NCBI GenBank assembly: GCA_020722185.1
Contig: DYLH01000002.1
Location: 6,312-70,311, forward strand
Source: Candidatus Avelusimicrobium gallicola
GTDB lineage: Bacteria > Elusimicrobiota > Elusimicrobia > Elusimicrobiales > UBA9959
DNA: 64,000 nucleotides
Direction: 5' to 3'
The notes beneath the pieces are model-generated. The model worked only from the letters and a program-made list of their open reading frames with translations. It was not told the DNA's origin and did no database searches. The position numbers and the translations under genes are program-made. Each line of letters opens with the position of its first letter. Position 1 is the stretch's first letter. Shown here piece by piece: positions 54,817 to 63,811 of the stretch.

Positions 54817-55523
54817 TGAAAGCAAGAGTGCTTTTATCGGTATTATTTTTTATCCCCACTTTTTTGATCTCAATGTCTTTTGTATATCCTTATCCCCCAA
54901 TACGCTCATTTAGATTGTCCGGGCTAAAGCCAATTATTTCAATTACTGCATTAAATTTTGGCCTTAGGAAAGTTGGCGCGGATATACTTTTTATAGATCT
55001 GTTGCAGTACTATGGCACACCGGAAGTTCCAAAGGGAGCTAAGGTTCACGAACATGACGATGGGCATGGACACAAACACATACACTATGAAGGGGAGCCA
55101 GAATTTGGATCAGGAAATTATCCTCTTTTTTATTCCTATGCCAGAGAGATACTTTTCCTTGACCCCTACTTTAAAAATGCTGTTCTTTATTCTTGTGGGG
55201 CTCTGGCTTTTAATTTAAATCGCATAGATCAAGCATCGGCCTTACTTAAAACTGCTATGCTTTACTCAACCGATACGCAATACTACAAAATGTTGGCTGC
55301 CATTGCTGCCAAAAATTCTAAAAACAGAAAAGACCTTGCCAATATTCTATATGAAATCGCAATTAAACCTGAAACTCCTGTTATAATAAAAAATTCTGCG
55401 GCATGGGCAAATAAACAAGCAGGAGCTTTTGATAGAGCAGCTGATATTTATAGATTGATACTTGAAACTACAAAAGATGAATTCTATATCAAAATAGCCA
55501 AAAAGAATTTAGGTATTCAATGA
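54816..55523 (+). CDS. Membrane-anchored protein with a His-rich segment, function unknown
   Basis: 235 aa with one N-terminal TM helix, HEHDDGHGHKHIH at residues 78-90, and then a helical, TPR-like C-terminal half. AAGGAG is the RBS, and a TAATG overlap links it to the permease. Confidence 0.5.
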   Translation: MKARVLLSVLFFIPTFLISMSFVYPYPPIRSFRLSGLKPIISITALNFGLRKVGADILFIDLLQYYGTPEVPKGAKVHEHDDGHGHKHIHYEGEPEFGSGNYPLFYSYAREILFLDPYFKNAVLYSCGALAFNLNRIDQASALLKTAMLYSTDTQYYKMLAAIAAKNSKNRKDLANILYEIAIKPETPVIIKNSAAWANKQAGAFDRAADIYRLILETTKDEFYIKIAKKNLGIQ

Positions 55524-56563
55524 AAATAAATTTGATAAACTGCGATATGGATAATTGTATCGCATCATATAATGCAGAGATCATGGCTCTTTTTCTTAAA
55601 AAAGCGGGCCATTTAGTTTCTGTTTATTGCGAGAAAGATTCTTATCTCTTTTCACAATGTAAAAAAATGAAGATTGATGTCTTTCCTATAACTTGGGCGA
55701 ATAAGCTTGGGCTTAACCCTATCCCTAACGCAGATATAAATGATTTTTATGGATTTTCGTCTTTTGTTAAAAATTTATCTACGCCGCCTAAAGGAACAAA
55801 AAATCGCTCATTTTTGAGACTATATAGTTTTTATGATCAAAAAACTCTGGAAAAAATAAAAAATATTTCAAAAAGGTTTTATAAGATATTCCCTGCATGC
55901 CAGAGCCTTAAAGATGATTTGTCAAACATAGGTATAGATGAAGAAAAACTTTTTGTATTCTATCCTATTTTAAACATGACTAGATGGGAAAGCGCAAAGC
56001 TGATAAAGACTGCTATGTTTTTAAAAAGGCCGTTTAAAATAGGTATGTCTTATAGACTGATTAATGAAGAAAATATGCTTTTTTACCTTAAAATAGCTAA
56101 GAAAACTATAACTGAAATCCCCAATGTGGATTTTATTATGGTTGGTCCGCGCTATGAAAAAATAAGAGAGAAAGCAAGAGAAATGGGCATAAGTCATAGA
56201 CTGGATATGCTTGATTTGAGGACTGATATGCCTGAAGTTATGGCTATGCTTCATATTTTTTTAAAAACAGACAATAAACCAAACATTTCAAGGTCTTTAA
56301 TTGAGGCAATGGCAAGCGGAGTTGTATCTATAGTTCCCAGAGTAAAAGGACTTAGCGATTTTATTATACATGACTATAATGGAATTTTGACTGAGCCTTC
56401 AAATGTATCGGAATACTTTTTTGCTATAAAAAAGTTATTGTCTAATCCCCCTCTTTGTCAAACTATCTCGCTGGTGTCATATAATTACATAAACGACAAT
56501 ATGTCAGCTCAAGTTTTGTCAAAACTCTCACAAGTTATATACGAAGAATCTCTACAGGTATAA
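55520..56563 (+). CDS. Family 1 (GT4-type) glycosyltransferase
   Basis: 347 aa. The C-terminal SRSLIEAMASGVVSIV...DYNGIL is typical of GT-B retaining transferases. An ATGA overlap links it to the upstream gene. Confidence 0.7.
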   Translation: MKINLINCDMDNCIASYNAEIMALFLKKAGHLVSVYCEKDSYLFSQCKKMKIDVFPITWANKLGLNPIPNADINDFYGFSSFVKNLSTPPKGTKNRSFLRLYSFYDQKTLEKIKNISKRFYKIFPACQSLKDDLSNIGIDEEKLFVFYPILNMTRWESAKLIKTAMFLKRPFKIGMSYRLINEENMLFYLKIAKKTITEIPNVDFIMVGPRYEKIREKAREMGISHRLDMLDLRTDMPEVMAMLHIFLKTDNKPNISRSLIEAMASGVVSIVPRVKGLSDFIIHDYNGILTEPSNVSEYFFAIKKLLSNPPLCQTISLVSYNYINDNMSAQVLSKLSQVIYEESLQV

Positions 56564-56568
56564 ATCGC

Positions 56569-57924
56569 TTATATCTTTTTATCTGCCACAGGCGGCCTTG
56601 CTATTACTGAGGCAAGCTTGGGTTTTTCAGAAAGTTCCTTCTTTATAGCAGATTCTCTTATCAAATTAAGATATGACGGCTTTTGAAAGCTGTAGGTGAA
56701 CTTTGTGTGAACATCATAATTCCCATTCATAAGTCCAATTACATCTTCCACAAAAACCTTTTCTTCATCAGTTGGAATCACAAATATTTTCACCTTTGAA
56801 TCATGTGCAGATATTTCAGTTTCGGCATTCCTTGTTTTAGAAATATTGTTTTTCTCTTTGTCTAATTTTATACCCAAAAACTCCAATCCTTCAAGAGCTT
56901 TTTCTCTGGTAATACACCCTTTTTCTCCGACTCCGGCAGTGAAGACTACTGCATCTACTCCACCAAGAGCTGCGGCATAGGCTCCTATATATTTTTTTAT
57001 TCTATATCCTTCAATTTCTATAGCAAGTTGGCATCTCTCATCGCCCTTCTCAGCTTCTATTTCAACATCTCTTCTGTCCGTGTATCTCTCAGTTATCCCA
57101 AGTATGCCAGATTTCTTATTGAGAATAGAATCTATTTCTTTAGCCGTCTTATTCTCTTTTTGCATTACATAAAGTCCTATAGCAGGGTCATGATCTCCAG
57201 CTCTTGTGCCCATTACAAGCCCTTCAAGAGGAGTAAATCCCATAGAGGTGTCCATGGAGCATCCGTTTTTAACTGCATTTATCGAAGCGCCATTGCCTAT
57301 ATGCGCTATTATAAGATTTGTCTTAAAAGGATCTTTTCCGAGAAGAACAGCCGCTCTTTTGGCAACATAGAGAAAAGATGTGCCATGGAATCCATATCGT
57401 CTTATTCCATACTTTGAGTACCAGATATGAGGGAGAGCGTATGTGTAGGAATAAGACGGCATTGTCTGATGCCATGCTGTATCCATTATTGCCATATGCT
57501 TTACTTTGGGAAGAAGCTCCATTGCGGCCTCTATTCCCATTATATTTGGTGGATTATGCAAAGGGGCAAGGTCTGCAATTTCTTTAAAGGTATTGAGTAC
57601 CTCATTGTCGATTATAACAGATTTTGTGAACTTTTCTCCTCCGTGAACAACCCTGTGCCCTACGGCGGCAATCTCATTTATATTTTTTAAAACTCCATTG
57701 GATTTATCAGTTAAAGCTTCTATTACAAGTTTTATTGCTTCCTTGTGTGTGGGGCACTCTCTATTTATAGTTATTTTTTCTTTACCTAATGCTTCGTAAT
57801 TTAGAAAAGAACCCGCTATTCCAATCCTTTCTACTATTCCAGAGCAAGACGGTGTATTTTTTTCAACATCAAAAACCGAGTATTTCAGGGAAGAGCTCCC
57901 GCAATTTAAAGAAAGTATTTTCAT
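56569..57924 (-). CDS. ackA: Acetate kinase with a C-terminal extension
   Basis: The ATG at 57924 gives MKILSLNCGSSSLKY. Motifs are GHRVVHGG, RYGFHGTSF, AHIGNGASI, FTAGVGE and VIPTDEE, followed by about 50 extra residues. Confidence 0.9.
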   Translation of the reverse strand: MKILSLNCGSSSLKYSVFDVEKNTPSCSGIVERIGIAGSFLNYEALGKEKITINRECPTHKEAIKLVIEALTDKSNGVLKNINEIAAVGHRVVHGGEKFTKSVIIDNEVLNTFKEIADLAPLHNPPNIMGIEAAMELLPKVKHMAIMDTAWHQTMPSYSYTYALPHIWYSKYGIRRYGFHGTSFLYVAKRAAVLLGKDPFKTNLIIAHIGNGASINAVKNGCSMDTSMGFTPLEGLVMGTRAGDHDPAIGLYVMQKENKTAKEIDSILNKKSGILGITERYTDRRDVEIEAEKGDERCQLAIEIEGYRIKKYIGAYAAALGGVDAVVFTAGVGEKGCITREKALEGLEFLGIKLDKEKNNISKTRNAETEISAHDSKVKIFVIPTDEEKVFVEDVIGLMNGNYDVHTKFTYSFQKPSYLNLIRESAIKKELSEKPKLASVIARPPVADKKI

Positions 57925-57983
57925 TTTTTTCTCCTTTAAAGTCAGGGAAATCATTACAATTTTATTTTAGCAAATTTATATAA

Positions 57984-58406
57984 TTGTTCAATATGTGTAT
58001 TTTAAGAACCAAATTATGTAGGTGGATATTTTTTTTGTTTTTGCTTGTTTCTACATTTTTGATCTGGAAGTTTTTATACTGGTTTTCTTCCTCTCAAAGT
58101 GAAGCGGAAATCATAAGAAAAATGTCTTCAATAAGGCTTTGTCTCACACTTTATTCTATCAATGAGAATAAAATTTCACTTGATCCGCAAAAAGATCTAA
58201 AAAAAGTGGGATATCTTAATGAAATCCCGCAAATTAAGCTTAAATGGAAATTTCCGTCTAGAGAGATAAGACTTGTGGATAGACTTGAAATAAAAAATAC
58301 TGGAAAATGGGCATATATTAAAAATGCAAAAGATACAAACTTTGGTTTATTTTACATAGATTCCTCGGCAAAAGACTCCAAAGGGCGATACTGGAGCTGG
58401 CTGTAA
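57984..58406 (+). CDS. Membrane-anchored hypothetical protein (possible pseudopilin-like globular domain)
   Basis: 140 aa, from a TTG at 57984 or an ATG at 57993. It has a hydrophobic N-terminal helix. The following pattern, IRLCLTLYSINENKISLDPQKDLKKVGYLNEIP...FYIDSSAKDSKGRYW, recalls GspG/pilin heads. No G-FTLIE prepilin motif is present. Confidence 0.4.
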   Translation: MFNMCILRTKLCRWIFFLFLLVSTFLIWKFLYWFSSSQSEAEIIRKMSSIRLCLTLYSINENKISLDPQKDLKKVGYLNEIPQIKLKWKFPSREIRLVDRLEIKNTGKWAYIKNAKDTNFGLFYIDSSAKDSKGRYWSWL

Positions 58407-58419
58407 AATAGCTTGTCTT

Positions 58420-60975
58420 TTATTGCGTCTTGATTTCTATTTTTCCTTCTCTTGCGCTTACTTCTATTTTTTTTAAGTCTGGTTTTTTTAAAATCTCTAT
58501 TGCAATCTGATCAAAGAGAAGCTTTTGCAGCGCTCTTTTCAAAGGTCTGGCGCCAAACTGGGGATCATATCCAGCCTTAGCGATAAATTCTTTCGCTTTT
58601 TGGTCTAAAGAAAGATCTACATCTCTATTTTTCAGTTCATTCTTAACCTTCTGCAACTGTATGTCTATTATCTTGAATATATCCTCTTTATTGAGGCTTC
58701 TGAAAAGAATTATTTCATCAAGTCTATTTATAAATTCAGGCCTGAAATGTTTTAGAAGTATTTCGGTGGCTTTTTCCAGACTAAGACCATCAGTTGCGGT
58801 TATTATATTTGAAGTCATTACTATGACTGTATTCTTGAAATCTACTTGCCTGCCCTTTGAGTCTGTTAGTCTTCCCTCGTCAAGTATTTGAAGGAATATG
58901 TTGAATATATCTTGATGTGCTTTTTCTATTTCGTCAAAAAGTATTACAGAATATGGCCTTCTTCTAATTCTTTCTGTCAGTTGCCCACCCTCTTCATATC
59001 CGACATAGCCCGGAGGAGCGCCAATAAGCCTTGCAACTGAATGTTTTTCCATATACTCAGACATGTCAAATCTTACAAGCGACTTCTCATCGTTAAAAAG
59101 AAAATCCGCCAATGTTTTGGCCAATTCAGTTTTCCCTACTCCCGTAGGACCTAGAAACAAAAAGCTTCCAAGAGGTTTATTTTTGTCTCCTATTCCAGCG
59201 CGGGATCTTCTTATCGCATTTGAAACTGCTTCAAGAGCGTTTTCCTGCCCCACAACTCTTTTCCTCAATTCTTCTTCAAGCTTTATGATTTTTGTTCTTT
59301 CGCTTTCAAGCATTTTACTAACCGGTATTCCAGTCCATTTAGAGACTATGGTAGCTATTTCTTCTTGGCCAACCTCTTCCTTTAAAAAAGCGTCTTTCTC
59401 TTGAGCTTTTTTTAGTTGTTTGTCAGCTTTTTCAAGTTTTTTTGAAAGTTCATTCAATATCCCATACTTAATTTCCCCAGCTCTTTCAAAATCGCCGATT
59501 CTTTCAGCTTTTGTTTGCTGAGCTTTGTAATTTTCTATTTCTTCTTTTATCTTTTTTACTTCCGATATCAAGGCTTTTTCTTTTTCCCATTTAAGTTTGG
59601 CATATTTTATCTTCTCATCAAGTTCAGCTATTTCTTTCTTTACAGCGTTCAATTCTTTCTGAGATTCTTCCGTTCCATCTTTAGAGATGGCCATTTCCTC
59701 CATTTTAATTTGTGTCATTTTCCTTTCCATTTCATCTATTTCAGTTGGCATTGAATCTATTTGCATTCTAAGACTTGCCGCGGCTTCATCTATCAAGTCT
59801 ATCGCCTTATCCGGGAGAAATCTATCTGTTATGTATCGACTGGATAAGTTTACAGCCGCAAGAATGGCTTCATCTTTTATCCTCACTCCGTGATGTATTT
59901 CATATCTCTCCTTTATTCCTCTAAGTATTGCTATAGCGTCATCTATTGAAGGTTCACCTATATAGACTTTTTGAAATCTTCTTTCAAGAGCGGAATCTTT
60001 CTCTATGTATTTCTGATATTCGTTGAGAGTGGTGGCTCCTATACATTTAAGTGTTCCTCTGGCAAGAGCTGGTTTAAGCATATTTGAAGCGTCTACAGAT
60101 CCTTCTGAAGAGCCAGCTCCCACCATTGTGTGTAATTCATCTATAAAGAGTATTATTTTACCATTTGAATTTTCTACTTCTTTTATGACAGCTTTAAGCC
60201 TTTCTTCAAATTCTCCCCTATACTTAGCTCCCGCTATAAGAGCGCCCATATCAAGCGCCGCTATTTTTTTGTCCTTTAATGTTTCTGGCACATCTTTGTT
60301 CACTATTCTAATCGCTATACCTTCTGCGATAGCTGTTTTTCCCACTCCGGGCTCGCCTATTAAAACAGGATTGTTTTTTATCCTTCTTGAAAGAACTTGT
60401 ATAACGCGTCTTACTTCTTGATCTCTTCCTATCACAGGATCAAGTTTGCCAGCGGCGGCCAGTGCCGTTAAATCTCTTGCATATTTTTCTATTGCCTGAT
60501 ATTTCGCTTCAGGCTCAGGGTCTGTTATTCTATGCGAGCCCCTTATTAGAGATATGGCTTTTAGCAATTTGTGGTAGTCTAGCGAATGTTTTTTAAAAAT
60601 AGGGATAATATGCCTATCATTGGATTCAGCAGATGCAAGAAGAAAATGTTCAATTGATAAGAATTCATCTTTGAGTTTTTTCATTTCCTCAAAAGCTTTT
60701 TCTATTATTTCAGAGCTTTCATTGGAAAGGTATCTCTCGACTCTCCCACTTATTTTGGGGAATGAGGATATTTTTTTATCTATATCCAATAGCATTTCAG
60801 AAGGAGAAGCATTTGCTTTTTCTATGATAGCAGAAGCTATAGACCCTTCCTGAGCGAGGCTTGCTTTAAGTATGTGTAGTGGCTCGACTTGCTGATTAGC
60901 ATTTTGTGTGGCTATATCTACGGCTAGTTTGAGAGCTTCTCTCATTTTTAAAGTCATTTTTTCAAAATCTATCAT
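58420..60975 (-). CDS. clpB: Chaperone ClpB (Hsp104-type disaggregase)
   Basis: 851 aa with an N-domain, NBD1 (GEPGVGKTA), a long coiled-coil M-domain and NBD2 (GPTGVGKTE). The RBS is GGAGGAG. Confidence 0.95.
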   Translation of the reverse strand: MIDFEKMTLKMREALKLAVDIATQNANQQVEPLHILKASLAQEGSIASAIIEKANASPSEMLLDIDKKISSFPKISGRVERYLSNESSEIIEKAFEEMKKLKDEFLSIEHFLLASAESNDRHIIPIFKKHSLDYHKLLKAISLIRGSHRITDPEPEAKYQAIEKYARDLTALAAAGKLDPVIGRDQEVRRVIQVLSRRIKNNPVLIGEPGVGKTAIAEGIAIRIVNKDVPETLKDKKIAALDMGALIAGAKYRGEFEERLKAVIKEVENSNGKIILFIDELHTMVGAGSSEGSVDASNMLKPALARGTLKCIGATTLNEYQKYIEKDSALERRFQKVYIGEPSIDDAIAILRGIKERYEIHHGVRIKDEAILAAVNLSSRYITDRFLPDKAIDLIDEAAASLRMQIDSMPTEIDEMERKMTQIKMEEMAISKDGTEESQKELNAVKKEIAELDEKIKYAKLKWEKEKALISEVKKIKEEIENYKAQQTKAERIGDFERAGEIKYGILNELSKKLEKADKQLKKAQEKDAFLKEEVGQEEIATIVSKWTGIPVSKMLESERTKIIKLEEELRKRVVGQENALEAVSNAIRRSRAGIGDKNKPLGSFLFLGPTGVGKTELAKTLADFLFNDEKSLVRFDMSEYMEKHSVARLIGAPPGYVGYEEGGQLTERIRRRPYSVILFDEIEKAHQDIFNIFLQILDEGRLTDSKGRQVDFKNTVIVMTSNIITATDGLSLEKATEILLKHFRPEFINRLDEIILFRSLNKEDIFKIIDIQLQKVKNELKNRDVDLSLDQKAKEFIAKAGYDPQFGARPLKRALQKLLFDQIAIEILKKPDLKKIEVSAREGKIEIKTQ

Positions 60976-60988
60976 ATCTCCTCCAAAA

Positions 60989-61015
60989 TTAGCAGTTTAT
61001 GATGATGTCTGCTAT
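60989..61015 (-). promoter_or_regulatory. CIRCE-like inverted repeat 2 (clpB 5' UTR)
   Basis: The minus strand reads ATAGCAGAC-ATCATCATA-AACTGCTAA. It matches TTAGCACTC-N9-GAGTGCTAA at 6/9 and 7/9 positions with the same 9-9-9 geometry. Confidence 0.45.
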
Positions 61016-61019
61016 TTAT

Positions 61020-61049
61020 ATTCTAGCAGAATTAGCAATCACTTGTCAA
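61020..61049 (-). promoter_or_regulatory. Sigma70-type promoter of clpB
   Basis: On the minus strand, TTGACA (61049-61044), an 18-nt spacer and TAGAAT (61025-61020). Confidence 0.5.
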
Positions 61050-61058
61050 GACTGCTAA
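61032..61058 (-). promoter_or_regulatory. CIRCE-like inverted repeat 1 (overlaps the clpB -35)
   Basis: The minus strand reads TTAGCAGTC-TTGACAAGT-GATTGCTAA. It matches the HrcA operator consensus at 8/9 and 8/9 positions with an exact 9-nt spacer. Confidence 0.65.
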
Positions 61059-61191
61059 AAAATGTAGTATTAAGAATTTTGTGCAATTTCTAAAAGTTTA
61101 TCCATCCAAATTCTATTTTACCTGTTAAAAATGAAAGTATTGCAAAAAGATACCCTTTTATGTATATTCCTATTATAGGAGCGAGGTATTT

Positions 61192-61401
61192 ATGAAGACA
61201 TTGATATTTATAGCGCTTTATTTCGTATTTGGAATTTTTCTTATAAAGTGGTTTTGGGGCTGGACTATACCTGAAATATTTCCGGAAGCTGTTAAGCAAA
61301 ATTTAATAGCTTCTTCCATAAGCTGGTGGACAGCCTTTAAGTTCTCAATTCTTCTCTCAATTATGACAGCGGTTACAGCCATAAGGAAAGAAAAGAGATG
61401 A
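61192..61401 (+). CDS. Small two-TM membrane protein, function unknown
   Basis: 69 aa with RBS AGGAGCGAGG. An ATGA overlap links it to the downstream solute-binding protein gene. Confidence 0.4.
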   Translation: MKTLIFIALYFVFGIFLIKWFWGWTIPEIFPEAVKQNLIASSISWWTAFKFSILLSIMTAVTAIRKEKR

Positions 61402-62618
61402 AAAAATATTTTATTCTTGCCATATATGCCCTCCTGACTGTATCATGTATTTCAAAGCGGGATATAAGCAATAATGAAATAGTTTTATGGGAAATGGAAG
61501 ATGCTCAGGTAGCGCCATACATCGATTCCACTCTTGAAGCCTTCAAAGAGTATTACGAAAAAAAATATTCAGTTTCAATTAAAATTTCCAGGACACATTA
61601 TCAGGGAGAAGATATGAGGCAGCAGTTTCAGTCCGCCTCTCTTGCGGGTGTTCCACCGGATATACTCATTTCACCTTCAGATACAGCTGGACTTTATGCT
61701 ATATCCGGCTTTATTATGGAATTGACTAATGAAGTTGATTTTTCCAAATACAATAAGCCAGTTGTGGATGCAATAACTCTTGAAAATAAAATATGGGGAG
61801 TTCCAATATCGAATGGAAATCATCTGATGCTTTTTTATAATAAAAAGTTCATTTCAAATCCTCCAACAGATACAGATCAACTTTTTTCCTATTGTATGTC
61901 AAATAAGAAAAAATTTGATTATTGCCTGGCTTTTGATATGGGCGAGCCATTTTGGCTTATGCCATGGCTTGGGGCTCATGGAGGTTGGCCGCTCGAGGGC
62001 AGAAAGCCCACACTGAATACTGAAGCAATGAAAAAAACTCTTAATCTATACATTTCTCTAAAGTATGATATGAAGATAGTTCCCCCGGAATGTGATTATA
62101 ACTGTATGGATTCTCTGTTCAAGGAAGAAAAGGTACCATTTATCATAAACGGCGACTGGGCCATTTCTTCATATGCCAAATCTTTTGGGGAAAAATTTGC
62201 CATAGCTCTGATTCCTAAACTTTCTCAAACAGGTCTCTGGCCTACTCCAATGATAAGCGGAAAATATTTCTTTGTGTCATCGTCTGTCTCAAAAGAAAAA
62301 CTAAAAATTCTCAAAGAGCTTATGGAATTTTATACAAATAAGGAAAATCAAATAAGGCAATACAAAGAGCTAAAGCGTCTACCCTCGCTTAAAGAGGCCG
62401 CAAACGCGACCGAAATAGTATCAGACCCTTTTTCTAAAGCTTCAATAGATGAAATATTGAAAGGTAAGCCTATGCCTATGGCAGTTGAAATGCGAGCTGT
62501 CTGGGACACTGTTAGAAACTATCAGGGATTGGCAACTACAAAAAAGATGAGTGTTGAGGAAGCTGCCAAAAAAATGCAGGAAAATGTTGAGAAGAAAATA
62601 GAGGAAATTGACAGATGA
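61398..62618 (+). CDS. ABC transporter solute-binding lipoprotein (MalE/sugar family 1)
   Basis: It has a lipoprotein signal with lipobox LLTVSC. The family-1 SBP layout includes GVPPDILISPSD, WGVPIS and FIINGDWA. Confidence 0.8.
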   Translation: MKKYFILAIYALLTVSCISKRDISNNEIVLWEMEDAQVAPYIDSTLEAFKEYYEKKYSVSIKISRTHYQGEDMRQQFQSASLAGVPPDILISPSDTAGLYAISGFIMELTNEVDFSKYNKPVVDAITLENKIWGVPISNGNHLMLFYNKKFISNPPTDTDQLFSYCMSNKKKFDYCLAFDMGEPFWLMPWLGAHGGWPLEGRKPTLNTEAMKKTLNLYISLKYDMKIVPPECDYNCMDSLFKEEKVPFIINGDWAISSYAKSFGEKFAIALIPKLSQTGLWPTPMISGKYFFVSSSVSKEKLKILKELMEFYTNKENQIRQYKELKRLPSLKEAANATEIVSDPFSKASIDEILKGKPMPMAVEMRAVWDTVRNYQGLATTKKMSVEEAAKKMQENVEKKIEEIDR

Positions 62619-63811
62619 ATGATATAATCTTTTCTTTGCTGCAAGTTTTTGGATTTGTGGCCCTCATTGCTGTATCTGTGGGAATCATAGAACTTTACTT
62701 GTGGAGTCATTTTAGATATCACGATAAGAATTCCATTTTCTTTACTTCAGTCTTCTCTTTCACATTTTTAGCCCTTTTATTTATGAATATTGGCGGTCTT
62801 TTGTCTATAAAAAATTTTGTAATTTTTATGTTTTGGGAAATTTTCCTTATCTATACTTCAAAAAAGCTAATAAAAGGAAAAAATTATCTTCCATATCTTC
62901 TAGCCGCTCCCGCTTTTTTGGGGCTTCTCGCCCTTCTTCTATACCCTTTTTTGTTTCAGATATACCTTTCATTTCATGATCTGAAGCTTACTACTATAAT
63001 GCAGTGGAAGCAGCTTGGAACCATTCCATTTGTGGGATTAAAGCAATATATTTCTGTTTTTACTGTGCCGCCTCTGGCTGAGGCAGGTTTTTTTAAGCTT
63101 TTGTTTCGTACTCTTTTGTGGACTTTTGTCAATATATTTTTCCATGTCCTTGGCGGATTTATTTTGGCTTTATTGCTTTCTGAGCTAAAAATATTTAGAG
63201 GGATTTATAGAACTTTGCTGGTTGTGCCATGGGCAATGCCGCAAGTGGTAGCGGTATTGGCCTTGCGCGGAGAATTTCATTCCCAATATGGATTCATAAA
63301 TGTTATGATAAAAAAAGCGATCGAATCTTTCCCATGGCTTGCATCTATAGGGGTAGGCCCGGTTAATTGGTTGAGCGACTATCCGCTTCTGACATGTATA
63401 CTTATAAATGTATGGCTTGGCATACCTTTTATGACTGTTATAATACTGGGCGGTTTGCAGTCCATATCAAAATCATACTATGACGCAGCATCTATAGACG
63501 GAGCTACATATTTTCAAAAATTGAAGTACATAACATTACCGCTAATAAAACCTGTGCTTATGCCAGCTGTAACTCTTGGCACTGTGTGGACATTCAATAA
63601 TATAAATGTCATATATCTGGTTACTGGACAATCTGGCGGAACAGAACAAGCCGATATTTTAGTTTCAGCTCTCTATAAAGCTGCATTCACATACAATAGA
63701 TACAGTTATTCAGCCGCTTTCGCTATGGTGATATTTCTGATACTCTTTATGATTTCAATCTCATATTCTAAAATGTTTGAAGAAAAGAACACAGATAAGG
63801 GGGCTGCATAA
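62615..63811 (+). CDS. Sugar ABC transporter permease (MalF-like)
   Basis: 398 aa with an EAA loop (YYDAASIDGATYFQKLKYITLPLIKP) and an N-terminal extension with extra TM helices. Confidence 0.85.
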   Translation: MNDIIFSLLQVFGFVALIAVSVGIIELYLWSHFRYHDKNSIFFTSVFSFTFLALLFMNIGGLLSIKNFVIFMFWEIFLIYTSKKLIKGKNYLPYLLAAPAFLGLLALLLYPFLFQIYLSFHDLKLTTIMQWKQLGTIPFVGLKQYISVFTVPPLAEAGFFKLLFRTLLWTFVNIFFHVLGGFILALLLSELKIFRGIYRTLLVVPWAMPQVVAVLALRGEFHSQYGFINVMIKKAIESFPWLASIGVGPVNWLSDYPLLTCILINVWLGIPFMTVIILGGLQSISKSYYDAASIDGATYFQKLKYITLPLIKPVLMPAVTLGTVWTFNNINVIYLVTGQSGGTEQADILVSALYKAAFTYNRYSYSAAFAMVIFLILFMISISYSKMFEEKNTDKGAA

